Positions 44,116-56,070 of a DNA stretch of 64,000 nucleotides are shown in pieces (the first letter of the stretch is position 1; the number at the start of each line of letters is the position of its first letter). Both the position numbers and the translations under genes were made by a program. A model generated the notes under the pieces. It saw nothing but the letters and a program-made list of their open reading frames with translations. It searched no databases and had not been told where the DNA came from. Origin of the DNA: Perkinsela sp. CCAP 1560/9 (taxonomy: Eukaryota; Protista; Euglenozoa: Kinetoplastea); the NCBI GenBank assembly GCA_965644495.1, contig CBFFSA010000001.1, forward strand, positions 2,170,001 to 2,234,000, given 5' to 3'.

Positions 44116-45557
44116 TGTGGATTGTCATACTCAGTGCAACACCTTTTTGTCATACTCAGTGCAACAAAAATGAGAAAAATATGGGTGTGTTCCGGATGTC
44201 AGGATTTTCGCATACTCAGTGCAACACTGTTTTTTCGGTCGGACAGCACCACGAACGGACACGGGATTGTATGAGCCATGTTAAGAAAGAAACAATGGAT
44301 TAAGGAAAAAAAATTATATAAGGAGAAGAAAAAAGGAGTACCTGGATAATCGATATTGACGGAACAACATAACGCGTTTCTTTAGTAAAGAGATAAACTT
44401 TTTACCTTTACTACTTTACAACTTACGGCTATACAACTTACTGCTTTCATGTATAGTACCGTCTCTTTATAGTAAAATTTGGCCTTCCAAGGTCTTTGGG
44501 GAGACCCATTTCAAGCACTTTCGTGGCCGTTTCTTCAGTTTGTTGGCCGTCTTACTAACTTCGCGCTGTGTCAACCCCTCAAAAGTATCTGACTTGGTGT
44601 GATACTACCGGACCAGACCATTCATGTTTTCAACGGCCCCCTTTTCCCATGAGTGGTAAGGATGACAAAAGTAAGATTTGCATCCTAACTTCCTGTTGAT
44701 GGCTTCATAATTGGTGTTTTCAGTTCCATTGTCATACGTTATGGTATGCACTTTGTATTTCTTTAAGGCTTTCAGCACCTGTGTTTCAACTTGTTTTGAC
44801 TGCTTGGATTGAAATACACGGACAACAAACCTTTCTTTCGTTCACAAAGGGTCAGGATGAAATACCCACTTTTCTTTGCTCCCTCAATTAAATCGGCCTC
44901 CCAATCACCATACCGACGTCGTGTGTTTACTATTTGGGGACGATGATCGATAGAAACCCGGTTTGGAATGGTACTTCGACCATGAATGCGTCGAACATAA
45001 GGCCGCCTTCCGCGGATCCGTAGGCACCTATGAATCTTCCCCCCATTGTCTTTGTCTCGACGAACAAATCGATAGATTGTGGAGGTGGATGGTGAACCTT
45101 GTGAGCCGACAACAAGTGTATTAGCAACCTGCTCCGGGCTGTGAAGCTTTCGGAGACGGGTCTTTACACTTTTTTCAAGACTGGCTCGAATTAGACGTGG
45201 TCTGGTCCCTTTATTAACCAGTCGTCTCTTGGCAACACGATGGGCACGTCTGGAACGATATTGCCCACCTCTTTTCCTGTTGCGTGCCAGCTCACGACAT
45301 ACCGCACTTGGGGACTTATCAATCGATCGGGCAATTTCCCTCTTCGTGGCGCCACTTTCAAACATCGTTTGAATATCTTTGCGATTGTTTTCAGATAATC
45401 TTCTGTACTTTGGCATGAATGAACTCAATTATGTAGAAATTAGTATATGAAGTGTACTATGTAGAAATTAACCTTTTGTTGCGCTGAGTATGACAATTAT
45501 TATTATTTTGTTGCACTGAGTAATGACAATTTGTTGCACTGACATTGACAATCCACC
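44116..45557 (-). mobile_element. IS30-family element with 26-bp TIRs, triplicated terminal motifs and 3-bp TSD (AGT)
   Basis: TIRs TGTGGATTGTCATACTCAGTGCAACA (44116-44141) and GGTGGATTGTCAATGTCAGTGCAACA (reverse complement of 45532-45557). AGT lies on both flanks and restores the minisatellite GAGAGTAAGTG. Confidence 0.88.
44467..45428 (-). pseudogene. IS30 transposase (frameshift near 44790, in-frame TAG near 44605)
   Basis: HTH (REIARSIDKSPSAVCRELARN), HSPEQV, STIYR, SIDHRP and GDWEADLIEG. The second frame reads TITYDNGTE, YFCHPYHSWEKGAVENMNGLVR* and KRPRKCL. Confidence 0.92.
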
Positions 45558-46290
45558 AGTAAGTGACTGCAGTGTAGCTGCAGTGGCACGTGCGAGAATA
45601 AGTGCACTTCCACGTGAGGCAGTGAACGCAGTGTAGATGCAGTGGCGCGTGAGAGAGTAAGTGTACTGCCACGGGAGGAAGTGAATGTATTGATGTAGTG
45701 CAGCTGCAGTGGCACGTGCGAGAGTAAGTGCACTACCACTGTAAGTACAGTGGTACGTGAAAGAGTAAGTGTACTGCCACGTGAGGCAGTGAACGCAGTG
45801 TAGATGCAGTGGCACGTGAGAGAGTAAGTGTACTTCCACGTGAGGCAGTGAACGCAGTGCAGATGCAGTGGCGCGTGAGAGAGTCAGTGACTGCAGTGCG
45901 AGAGTAAGTGTACTGCCACGTGAGGCAGTGAACGCAGTGTAGATGCAGTGGCACGTGAGAGAGTAAGTGTACTTCCACGTGAGGCAGTGAACGCAGTGTA
46001 GATGCAGTGGCGCGTGAGAGAGTCAGTGACTGCAGTGCGAGAGTAAGTGTACTGCCACGTGAGGCAGTGAACGCAGTGTAGATGCAGTGGCACGTGAGAG
46101 AGTAAGTGTACTTCCACGTGAGGCAGTGAACGCAGTGCAGATGCAGTGGCGCGTGAGAGAGTCAGTGACTGCAGTGCGAGAGTAAGTGTACTGCCACGTG
46201 AGGAAGTGACTGCAGTAATGCAATGCAGCTACAGTGGCAAGTTCGAGAGTAATGTACTGCCACGTGAGGCGGTGACTGTATTGATGCAGT
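45558..46290. repeat. CACGTG/GCAGTG minisatellite, right part, with a ~139-bp higher-order repeat
   Basis: Same modules as 43730-44115. Blocks recur at a 139-bp offset between about 45760 and 46200. Confidence 0.92.
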
Positions 46291-46439
46291 GTGTAGCTAG
46301 AGTGGAACGTGGGTGCAGGTGGCTGCACATGAAACACCCACATGAGAGACCGTGCGCCACCAGTGGCTGCACTGGTGTTCCATTTAGAGAGTTTTGTTAC
46401 AGATCGCCATGTTGTGGAAGGGTGGCCAGCTGGGAGATA

Positions 46440-46643
46440 ACCCAGATTGAAAGGGTCGAGGGAGATACGAAGCAACAGGCGTGGCAGATTCCCACTGAAA
46501 AGAAATGGTATCTCCCTGCACGAAGTTTGTCTCCGAGCTAGCAAGCGCAAAGGCTTTTCTCGTGCGGGGAGATACCATTTCTTTTCAGTGGTAATCTGCC
46601 ACGCCTGTTGCTTCGTATCTCCCTCGACCCTTTCAATCTGGGT
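46440..46643. mobile_element. Hairpin family H element (~85-bp arms)
   Basis: ACCCAGATTGAAAGGGTCGAGGGAGATAC...GTATCTCCCTCGACCCTTTCAATCTGGGT. Confidence 0.85.
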
Positions 46644-46647
46644 TGTG

Positions 46648-47037
46648 ATGGGAAAAATATATTGTCCTCGCTGCAAGGTGGACCGCCACGTGTCTTTGGG
46701 GGAACCTATAAGGTGTGTAATGTGTGCATGCACCATTGAAAGTGATGCAAAGGATCCTTGCATCCAATGTCAAAGGGTCTCTGTAATCATAGGTACGAAC
46801 TACTGTCCTCTATGTAATGCTCCACAGGACTCTGAACGACTTCTGCCCAGTGCCATCGACCATCTACACGCTCGTGAGCTTCAAGGGAAGCACAATTTTC
46901 GCGCTCTTGCGGATGGAGGGTTTTATGAAAGTCGCACCAATATGCTGATACTGCCTCATTCAAAGACAATTCCCGTATCAGTTGTCCAAGCAAAAACAGG
47001 ACCACAAGTGCGAACAATCTCTTTTACACTTTCATAG
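46648..47037 (+). other. Short ORF with 4 CxxC pairs and a LADGGFY..LILPH segment; possible PIF/Harbinger/ISL2EU transposase relic
   Basis: CPRC, CVMC, CIQC and CPLC. ADGGFY resembles the DDE_Tnp_4 ADxGY motif. Confidence 0.3.
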
Positions 47038-47403
47038 CTTTTTAGGTCATGTTTTCATAAAATCCATGAATTCCTTAGTGGGGTATTATCAATGCCTAGC
47101 ACCTGTCCCTCGCCGGAGGTATTTCTCGTCGGTTTTTGGGTCCACTAGGGGCCACACTGGGCCACTCGGACCCTGCATTGAGTCCATTGTACCGGGGGTG
47201 GGGGACAATACGTGGGAACGCTTGGTTTTATTGTACACCCCCTGCGTAAAAGAGGGCCTTCTTTTGCCTTTTCACAGATTTTCTTTCTAAAAATGATTAC
47301 ATTTTTACCCAAATTAGCAGCGAAGACATGAAAATAGCGAAGCTCCGACTATTTTCGGGGAGAATATTTCCCGACTATTTTCGGGGAAGCTCCGAATTCG
47401 GGG

Positions 47404-47769
47404 AAGAATTCAAAGTTTGAAGCACATGGTGCTCAGACGGCGAGTTCAAACCCGCTCATCCCAATATTCCCGGCGGCCTCACTCTAAGAGGCTGGGCTGA
47501 TAACCGACTAGGTCCAGTACTCGGAGGACCGTCCCGGACCCTCCCCTCAGGGAACCAGCTCCCTTACCCGGCTTACACCTCTTGGGTGAGCCGTGTTGAC
47601 GTACAGTTCGTCGACGCAGCGTGTTGGCAACATCACGTTGGTGCCTTTGGACAAGCGGAAACTGGTAGAGGACGTCGGCCTCGGAACTTCCAAATCTGTC
47701 TGTGAAGGGTCTGGCTTGCCAGTGACCATCCAGAGAGATCCGGAATGATTTGGATTTTTTTTGGATTTT
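47404..47769 (+). mobile_element. tRNA-headed SINE-like unit, copy 1 (5'-truncated)
   Basis: Near-identical to 56379-56770 and to 58548-58934 (- strand). Lacks the A box and ends at the same T-run. Confidence 0.75.
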
Positions 47770-47959
47770 GGGGAAGCTCCGACTATTTTCGTTATTTTTC
47801 GGAGTTGTTATTGTACCTGTAGCTACGCATTCTACCTGTAGCTAGTTATTGTACCGGGCGGGTACATTAACCCGGACGGGGGTTTAATTACCGGTGAAGC
47901 TTTTATTAAGAATAACATTAATTAAAGTAATTTCTGACGAGAAAAAATGTTTACTTTAA

Positions 47960-48724
47960 TTAATTCTTTTTTAGGCTCTTCGTTACACGCGCTGGTTATT
48001 TTCAACTTAGAAGTCACTAATGCTGCGTGCTTCGCGTTGAAAACTACCACCGCGTTTAAAGAAGATCCTAAAAAAGAAAAATCGCCAAAAGATCATGAAT
48101 AATCTATTTTTTTGCGTGAAAATGCGCGATTTTTAGGCGAAAATTGCGAAATTTTAACCCGAATTTGTACCATTTTTGATGCCTTACCAGTAGGGGTGGG
48201 AAGCGAATCAGCCGAAAAAAACGTCGTTGAATGGTAGCTGAGGCCCAAAACTCTTAAAATGCGTTTTAGGAGTCGATTTTGGAAAAATAATATCTTTACT
48301 TTCTTTTGGGTCAAAAAACTTTTTTTTTGGGTCACCCCAAAAAAATCGGACATTTTGATCTTGTCGGACCCCTCCTGCGCGTACCAGGGGGGGTACCCCC
48401 AGTGGGGGGGTGAAAAGTTATCGCCGCGGCCTACTCTATCACTTCCCTGCGCTCGATTTCGAAAAGCAAAAAATTTGAAAAAACTTTCTTGACGTATGCT
48501 CCCCCCTGGACCCCCCCTGGACCGCCCCCTGGACCCCCCCCTGGACCCCCCTCCCCTAGACCCCCCGTTTTTTTCAATTTCTTTTTTCATTTTCGGACCA
48601 CCGGAGCCCCCTTTTGTATTTTCTTCTATTATATTACTGTGTTTCTCTTTATATTTTCACTGTTTTTGTTCACTTTTTTTTCAATAATCGAGGGTAGAGC
48701 GGTACTTATACAACTACCGCAATG
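47960..48724. mobile_element. Family-A composite repeat (copy of 11295-12035)
   Basis: Colinear similarity over about 750 bp. Confidence 0.85.
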
Positions 48725-49877
48725 CTACGTTAATTAAAGTTACGTCAATTTATGTTTTTGTGGCGTAAGTAAATTTGAGATTTACTATTTTTAAGCCCAT
48801 AAGATTGAACGTAGTTTGCACACTTTTCCAAAATTTCCCAAAAGGTAACTAAACATCAACGAATTCCAAAGAAAATCAAGAATAAGCACACTAGAAGGTT
48901 TCTGCACAAAACAATGCCCCATCCAACAAAACTCGTACCAGCGGACTTAACCTCACTTAACAGAAGACGTGTGACCATGATTTCACCCGTACCTGAGAAC
49001 GTCAAAAGGTCAAAAATACTACAGTGTAGCAACGACTCTAAACTATGTATTTTGCAAGAAACAGAAACAAAAAAGAATTAAAAAATCGTTTTCTACTTTC
49101 GTGAAAAACTAAGCAAACATCGCTCAATTCCATCTAAAGCGAAATACTCCACCGCCTATGGGTGTTGTTTCCAAGGGCAACTGGTCGTATTCTTGAGACA
49201 TCTTCTAGAAATTTAAAAAATGAAATTAGTAATTATTTTTCGTCATTTTTTGACCAAAATTAATTATTACGTTAATTACCGTAGAAACTTCAATTAAGGG
49301 TAATTAAAATTAAGGCAACTTTAATTAAGGCAGCTTTAATTACACCCAAGCAAAAAATTATTATCGCTAAAATTATTGGCACAAAAATTATTGTTTTTTT
49401 AATTATAAGCTGTCAATTTTTGGCGAGAAACATTTTTTAATTTTTTTGGTCAATTTTTGAATTTCTCATGAGGTCTGATCTTGGCAACCACGTTTTAGAG
49501 AAGAGTTCCATAGATTTTACACAAAAATTCAAATTTTATGAGAGGATTTGACGCGAGAGAAGCGAGATTGGCTTTATGTCAACACCCGGTCGTGAGATCA
49601 TGCGAGATCACACCCGCATCCCATCATTTAATGACCACTTAATAACCTGCCCTTCGCAACGCATTTGGCAAGATTAGAGAGATGCAAACCACCGTCCGGG
49701 TTATACCTAGGGACACTTGTGCTTCCTAAGGATAATAATTTTTTGGCGATAAGCAACTTTCTTCCCCGTAAAAATTCTTGAATCTTTTTGGGAGCAAAAA
49801 AACCCTTTCGACCTAATTTTGGGGTTTTCCGCCCCTCTACTAACAACTTCTATTGTTTGTCAATATGTACAAATTTC

Positions 49878-50951
49878 CAGGGTTCGCAGAAACTATAAAA
49901 CTATCAATATAGTACTATATAGTTACTATAAACTTTTTTCGAAAACTATAAAAAACTATATTTTTTTGTTTCACATTTTAGGCACTCCGAAGCTCACCAA
50001 CACGCCATAAATACACGGCGAATTCATTTGTGTACGATTTTTCTTATTTTTAAACCCGAAAATTGATGCCCGAAATTAAAGTTACGAGGGGTAGTTTCTG
50101 CAAAGATTATTTTATTGAACTGCTGCACACGGAGGGAAGTAAAAAAGCGGTTGAATGTAACTTGTGTCAGGAGGGGACGTACCCCAGTCCCATCGCGTGG
50201 CCTTGACAGATTGCCTTGTGCGAATCTTGCGTCCCGAACATCTTCTCACTGCATCGCTGTCGCCGCGCTTTGGCTGGAGCCACCGACGTTATGTCTTGGG
50301 ACTGAATAACTGCTGCTCACAATTCTATGAGTTTGAATAAATACAATCATATGAGTCTGAATAAATTACGCGGTGTGTTGTCGAGTGGAGAGTTTGTACT
50401 TCCTATCGTCACTCCTTTCGCATGCGTTTCATTGCCATTTCCGAGGAGATGACACACTAGTTGATGATATTTTTCGGCGGTGATGGAATCGCGGGGAAGA
50501 GGGAGCATGTTTCGATAGCTATGTAACCCAGGATAAAGTGGACGAGGGAGGTTCTAAAAGCACCTTTAAACCACCACAAAAATAGAATGATATCTCCCGG
50601 TTTGTAAAGGATTCCGACGTGCCAAAAGAATCTTTAAGGGACATACCCTTCCATTTTTATGGTGGTTTAAAGGTGCTTTTAGAACCTCCCTCGTCCACTT
50701 TAGCTTGGGTTACATTTTTTTCAGAATTTCTTGTCATATCATACGTATGTAAGCGTGTAAGAACGCATGTAAAGGCGTGTGTATGTCCTTCACAAGCGGA
50801 GAGGACTCAAAAAATATCACTTGTAAAGTGAAAAAAACTTTATAGTTTTCTTATAGTTTTATAGTAAAATATAGTAAATATAGTACTATATAGTAACTAT
50901 ATTCAATGAAAAAAACTATATTTTACTATATTATAGTTTCTGCGAACCCTG
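49878..50951. mobile_element. Non-autonomous hAT element
   Basis: 21-bp TIR CAGGGTTCGCAGAAACTATAA. Perfect 8-bp TSD CAAATTTC (49870-49877 and 50952-50959). ACTATA/TATAGT subterminal repeats. Confidence 0.92.
50521..50715. mobile_element. Hairpin family H element nested in the hAT element
   Basis: TGTAACCCAGGATAAAGTGGACGAGGGAGGTTCTAAAAGCACCTTTAAACCACCA and its inverse. Confidence 0.85.
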
Positions 50952-51495
50952 CAAATTTCTACAAAAATTATTGGCACAAAAATTATTGATTTTTTAATTA
51001 AAAGTTGCAGAGCTTTGCCAATAATTAAAACCTCAATAATATTAGTCGGCAGTGTAAGGCAATAATTAATTTTTTGTCATTTTGGGGAAAAAATTGGGAA
51101 AAAAAAATTTCATGATTCCGTCTCAGACTTTTCCTTTCAATGATCGTTTTAACTTTTCTCTCACACGTTGAACTGGTTGAAGACCGTAAAGTTAGGCGAA
51201 ACAGGCGAAGCTCGTCTAGAAAAGTTCGAAAAACATGAAAAATGATAACAAATTGAGCACTTTTAGCAGAAATGTGATATTTATGCTACAAACGACAATA
51301 TTTAAATAAGAACTTTTTGGGCTTTTATCAGCGCCACTTTAATTAAGGCAACTTTGATTAAGGCAAAAATTAATTTTTAAATCCGTTCTGCCTTAATTAC
51401 TTTTATCCTTAATAACCGTTTCCCCGGTAATCTCGAGTGCAAGATTATATTCAAATCGTTTTTTGTTGCGACATTATACAATTAACATCAAATTA

Positions 51496-51872
51496 AACGG
51501 GGGTACGACTTAATGTACCGGGTACCCTTTTATATACCGGGGGGGTATAATCGCTACCCAATATACCCCCCCCTGGGCACCGTGGAAAACAAGGGGGTGG
51601 TGGTATAAACGCTCAAAAGAAATAGAGCGTTTATGCCTCCCACCCCCTTGTTTTCCACGGTGCCATCATGTATTGTCCCTTTTAACCTCTTTGGTTACCG
51701 TAAAAAACAGGTCCTCTTTGGTTTACCGCAAAAAAACATTGGAGCTAATATACCCCCCACCCCCCCGCATTATACCCCCCACCCGGTATAAACGGTGAGC
51801 GAATATACCCCCCCTTAATATACAGAGTACACTTTATTATACCCCCCCTGTACATTAAGTCGTACCCCCGTT
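51496..51872. mobile_element. TA-targeting MITE with a nested 90-bp hairpin (51576-51665)
   Basis: TIR AACGGGGGTACGACTTAATGTAC with TA TSD. The empty site is visible in the paralogous repeat at 29768-29860. Confidence 0.9.
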
Positions 51873-53575
51873 TACGACATTATACTCAAATACGATTTAT
51901 TCCCATTTTCTCGAAAATAACGTTGTTTATTCAACAACGCATTCCTTGAATAGAACTCATTCTGCACATGAACGTGTTTGTCCATAAAAAAAGGGCCGCG
52001 AAGCGACGCCAAATTTTTTTTACCCTTGTTTTGGTTTTTTCCGATATTTACATTATTAATTATTGTGCCTAGAGCCAATTATTGTGCAGGGGTGGAACAA
52101 TAACCCGGAACAGGGTTTACTTTAAATCAACGAACGCTCAGCTAAAGCAAAAGAATCAGGCGGCAAAGGATGCACGCAGCAGAGATTTGCACTCAAGTCA
52201 AAAAGAGCAAAAGAGGAAAAACAAAAATATATAGGCGCTTTCTAATTAATAGTAAATGTTTGTTTAGCTTCTCCTACCTTCATATGCACATTGTTTATGA
52301 TTTTTAACAATTGAATGAGTTTTCTTTAAAAAAAGGGTCGCTCTTACGTCGAATTTCTAGAACTCGCGTTTCGACCAAGTCTTTTCTTCCGCTTAAATTC
52401 AACCAGGACCGGTGGGATCGGCCGAGATCGACCGGGATCGTAAATCTCTAGTTTCAGCCCTCTAATTATTACGTTCCTTAATTTTTAGGCTCTTCGTTAA
52501 ACGCGGTGGTTGTTTTCAACTTAGAAGTCACTCATGCTGCGCGCTTCGCGTTGAACCTTGAGCAAGGCTTACGTTTTGCGTTTCCTACCGGTACACTTTT
52601 GTCATGTATAGGTCACATGATCAATTGCGTTTGTAAGACAGTTTTCAAGTCCTACGAAGAGTCTGCTTCTTTTAAATTTAAGAAAGCGTTCTCTCAAGCC
52701 TTTTATTCTTCCGGGAAGGTAGTGCTTCAAAGGGGAAGTACAAAGGTGTAGCGCTCGGGATGAAATTAGCTAAATGTGACGAGTCCTTCTTAAGAGCGTC
52801 GTCCAATTTTCGGACGTACTACAGTAGGTTCGGGGAGCGCTGCCTCAAACGCTATCGCCCAGGCCTAGAAAAGGGTGTTGTTGAAAGCCTTAGAGTTTTA
52901 CAATCTGTAATCCCTAGTGAATCTCAGGAACTGCTCGCAAAGTTGGATCCATGTATGAACTTGATCAGTGCACAAGGTCCCGGGAGTTGTACTACCAAGG
53001 CAGTGAAGACTTACCACACAGTGAAGAATACTTCCATTAAATTTCAACTTCTTACCCCTTCCGGACTCGTTCTCCATTTAAGTAACATCCCTCCCGCTGT
53101 ACAAATTAGAATCCCGGATAGAACTCTTCATCCCTTCCCGACTCGTTCTCCATGTAACTAACATCCCTCTCGCTAAAAATATTTGCTTTCAGAATAGCAA
53201 GCTAACAAGCGAGCGAGAGATACCCACACCAAGTTTTTGAATACGTTTACTATCCTAGTACGGTAGTTAGTACGTACTAGTACGAAAATAGGGGTCCGTA
53301 CTAGATTTAGTACATCGTACCGTACTATGCACATGTGTGTAGTATTAATTTGAAGGTACCTACTTCGTTTTTATGCATCAATAAATTGTGTTTTTCGTCT
53401 AAAAAATCTTACCTCGAAATTGCAAAAAAACTGTTCACATGTTTTTTTTACTTGCACCCGATCACACTTTTGTTACAAAGCTGATTGAGTCGGAAGCTCT
53501 ATGGCAACATATACGTAGTATATGTAAATTTTATATACATGTATGGAGTACTCACGCGTACACTACTCTGATATG

Positions 53576-55179
53576 AACCAGGGGACGGAATAATATTAAG
53601 ATGCGGTTTATTATTAAGTTGCGGCTTATTATTAAGTTAGACAAGTTATTATTAAGCTAGACAGGTTATTATTAAGCTGGACAAGTTATTATTAAGTTGT
53701 CAAGTTATTATTAAGTTTGTGTTTTTCGATGGGAGAAGGAGATTCTTGGAGCTCGAGAGAACGATGCTTTGATAACAACCGAGATGGTGCGCCAAGAGGC
53801 ATTTCGCATGCTGAAAAAGGAAAACCGCAAATCACCAGAGCAGAACAAAACACGGGGGATTACAAGAGTAAGCGAACGTTGGATAGGTAGATTCCTCCAC
53901 TCTTACAAATGGCCTATAAGATTAGTAAAGAGATCAACTCAGCTATCAAGTGAAGAGATAAAGAAAAGAATTCATTCCTTTCATGCGTTTGCCTATCGTT
54001 GTCTTAAAACAAAAAAGTTTCGTTCCGTTCTGAATTTTGATGAAATTCCCATATCATTTCGCGGGTCCATGAAATCTTTAAAAACAATTGCACAGCGAGG
54101 AGAAGAAGATGTGCGAGGGCGTTGCAATCCGGATGATATGAAGCGATGCGCAACGCTTATCTGCGGTGCTGGCGTGAAACTGGATAAAAATGGAAGTCCA
54201 AAGAGTCATTTCTTTCTAAAACCTTTTATCGTGTGGAAAGGAGCTGGAAATGGATCTAGTCACGAGATATTTGATGCGAGGACGGCTCGAGCTTTTACTC
54301 CGAAAGGTGTCGTGAACAAAGATTTTTTTCTCCAAGACTTTATTCCCTTTCTCAAACGTGAACTGGATATAAATGACGCAGGCCACACTTTAATTTATCT
54401 AGACTCCTGCCGATCTCACATAACAAGTGACGTTCTCGATGCGTTTGCCACTGTGGCTAACTGCTATTGTGCCATATTACCCCCTGCAACAACATCCTGG
54501 ATCCAATGGATTGATGTATTTTATGCTTCTTCGTACAAACGCGAGCAAGTAAACATTTGGCACAGAGAACAACATATCCGTCGGACCGCCCGCCAAAAAA
54601 GACAATGGATACATAATGCCGTTGCCCGAGCGCACGAACAAGTTATAAACCTCGACAACGACTCTCTTGATGAATCAAGGACCCTTTCCTCTTCTATGAA
54701 CGTTGTTCAACAATTCAAAAGCTTGGGGTATATCGACCCTTGTGATGCATCGTGGTCGCATGTGAAATGTTTAGAAGGATATGTCTTTGTTCCACCAAGC
54801 GATGACGATGAGAGAGACGAAGCTAAGGGAATCGAAGATGCCTTTAAGCGTGGGAAAAGCGTCCAGGCACGAAAGTCATTCCAAGGACGGCTCGATAAAT
54901 GGTGTAACCCACGACGCTCCACCGAATAAAGGTAAAGAAAAGAAAGATTTATGAAGTTTATGAAGTCGGGTAAAGATTCAGATAAAAAAAATATTGTTAA
55001 AGATTGCATACATAAAAAAACAATTTGTTAATTTTATTACAAACTTAATAATAACCCGCCGACAAGTTAATATTAAGTTTCAAAACGTTGACAGGTTATT
55101 ATTAAGTTTGACAGGTTGTTATTAAGTTGTCAAGTTATTATTAAGTTTCAACAACTTAATATTATTCCGTCCCCCGGTT
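53576..55179 (+). mobile_element. pogo/Tigger-like DNA transposon with an internal deletion
   Basis: TIR AACCRGGGGACGGAATAATATTAAG, with multiple GTTATTATTAAG subterminal repeats at both ends. A solo right end also occurs at 57362-57426. Confidence 0.88.
53769..54929 (+). CDS. pogo-type DDE_1 transposase lacking its N-terminus
   Basis: CENP-B-type HTH (VSERWIGRF). Catalytic motifs NFDEIP, LIYLDSCRSH and LPPATTSWIQWIDV. Confidence 0.85.
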   Translation: MITTEMVRQEAFRMLKKENRKSPEQNKTRGITRVSERWIGRFLHSYKWPIRLVKRSTQLSSEEIKKRIHSFHAFAYRCLKTKKFRSVLNFDEIPISFRGSMKSLKTIAQRGEEDVRGRCNPDDMKRCATLICGAGVKLDKNGSPKSHFFLKPFIVWKGAGNGSSHEIFDARTARAFTPKGVVNKDFFLQDFIPFLKRELDINDAGHTLIYLDSCRSHITSDVLDAFATVANCYCAILPPATTSWIQWIDVFYASSYKREQVNIWHREQHIRRTARQKRQWIHNAVARAHEQVINLDNDSLDESRTLSSSMNVVQQFKSLGYIDPCDASWSHVKCLEGYVFVPPSDDDERDEAKGIEDAFKRGKSVQARKSFQGRLDKWCNPRRSTE

Positions 55180-55274
55180 TACTACTTCAATGCACACGAC
55201 ACCTGGCCAACACTTGGCAGGGAAACACCAACAACAAAAAAGTGTCAAACATGTGAACAGTTTTTTTGTATACT

Positions 55275-56070
55275 GTACTTTTTTTGCCATTTTTTTCGCC
55301 AAGTTGAAATTTTCTATAATTCTCTTTTTCCGAAAAAATCCGAGCTTGGCGGACCAGTCCTGCGGATACGCGGGGGGTTCACCCCCGGGTAGGGTGGTGG
55401 AAAATACTCGCCAAGACCCTATCCCTTCTGCGGGTTTGTTTCGAAAAATAAGTTTTTCAAAAAAAATCTTGCGGTATAGACCCCCCATTTTTTTCAATTT
55501 TGGACAACCGGAGCCCCCTTCAAAAAACATTTTAATTAATTAATTAAAAAAACCACCGTAGCCCCCCCTAAAAAAAATTTTCCTTTATTATATTACCCCA
55601 AAAAATTCGGAAAATTTGACCTTGTCGAACCCCTCCTGCGCGTACCAGGGGGGGGGGGGGGAATTATCGCCGCGGCCTACCCCACCACTTCCCTACGCTC
55701 GATTTTGAAAATCAAAAAATTCGAAACATAAATTCGCGACGTATGCCCCCCCTCCCTGAACCCCCCATTATTTTGGATGGGGGGTTCCCCATGAATGGAA
55801 GCCTACCGAACGTATTGGGTGGAGAAAGCGACTCCAACCATACCATTCTTTCGACACAAAAATGCCCCTTTAGGTCCGAAAAATATTTTTTCACCTTTTT
55901 TAGTCAAAAATGGGTCATTTTGAGGGGCGCACCACGGTTCGAAGAAGTGATACCTTGCGAAAACAACTGCGGAGAAAGCTAGTGTAGGTCCCAAACTATC
56001 AAAATAGAATAGGGGAAACAATTTTGGAAAAATATTTCTTTTGCCATTTTTTTCGCCAAGTTGAATTTTT
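55275..56070. repeat. Mosaic of family-A repeat segments
   Basis: Matches 41280-41560, 41520-41800 and 11680-11840. Confidence 0.8.

Noticed and set aside
52760-53161. 133-aa ORF as a gene
   Set aside because: No recognisable motif and it lies among TE fragments. It is probably a relic.
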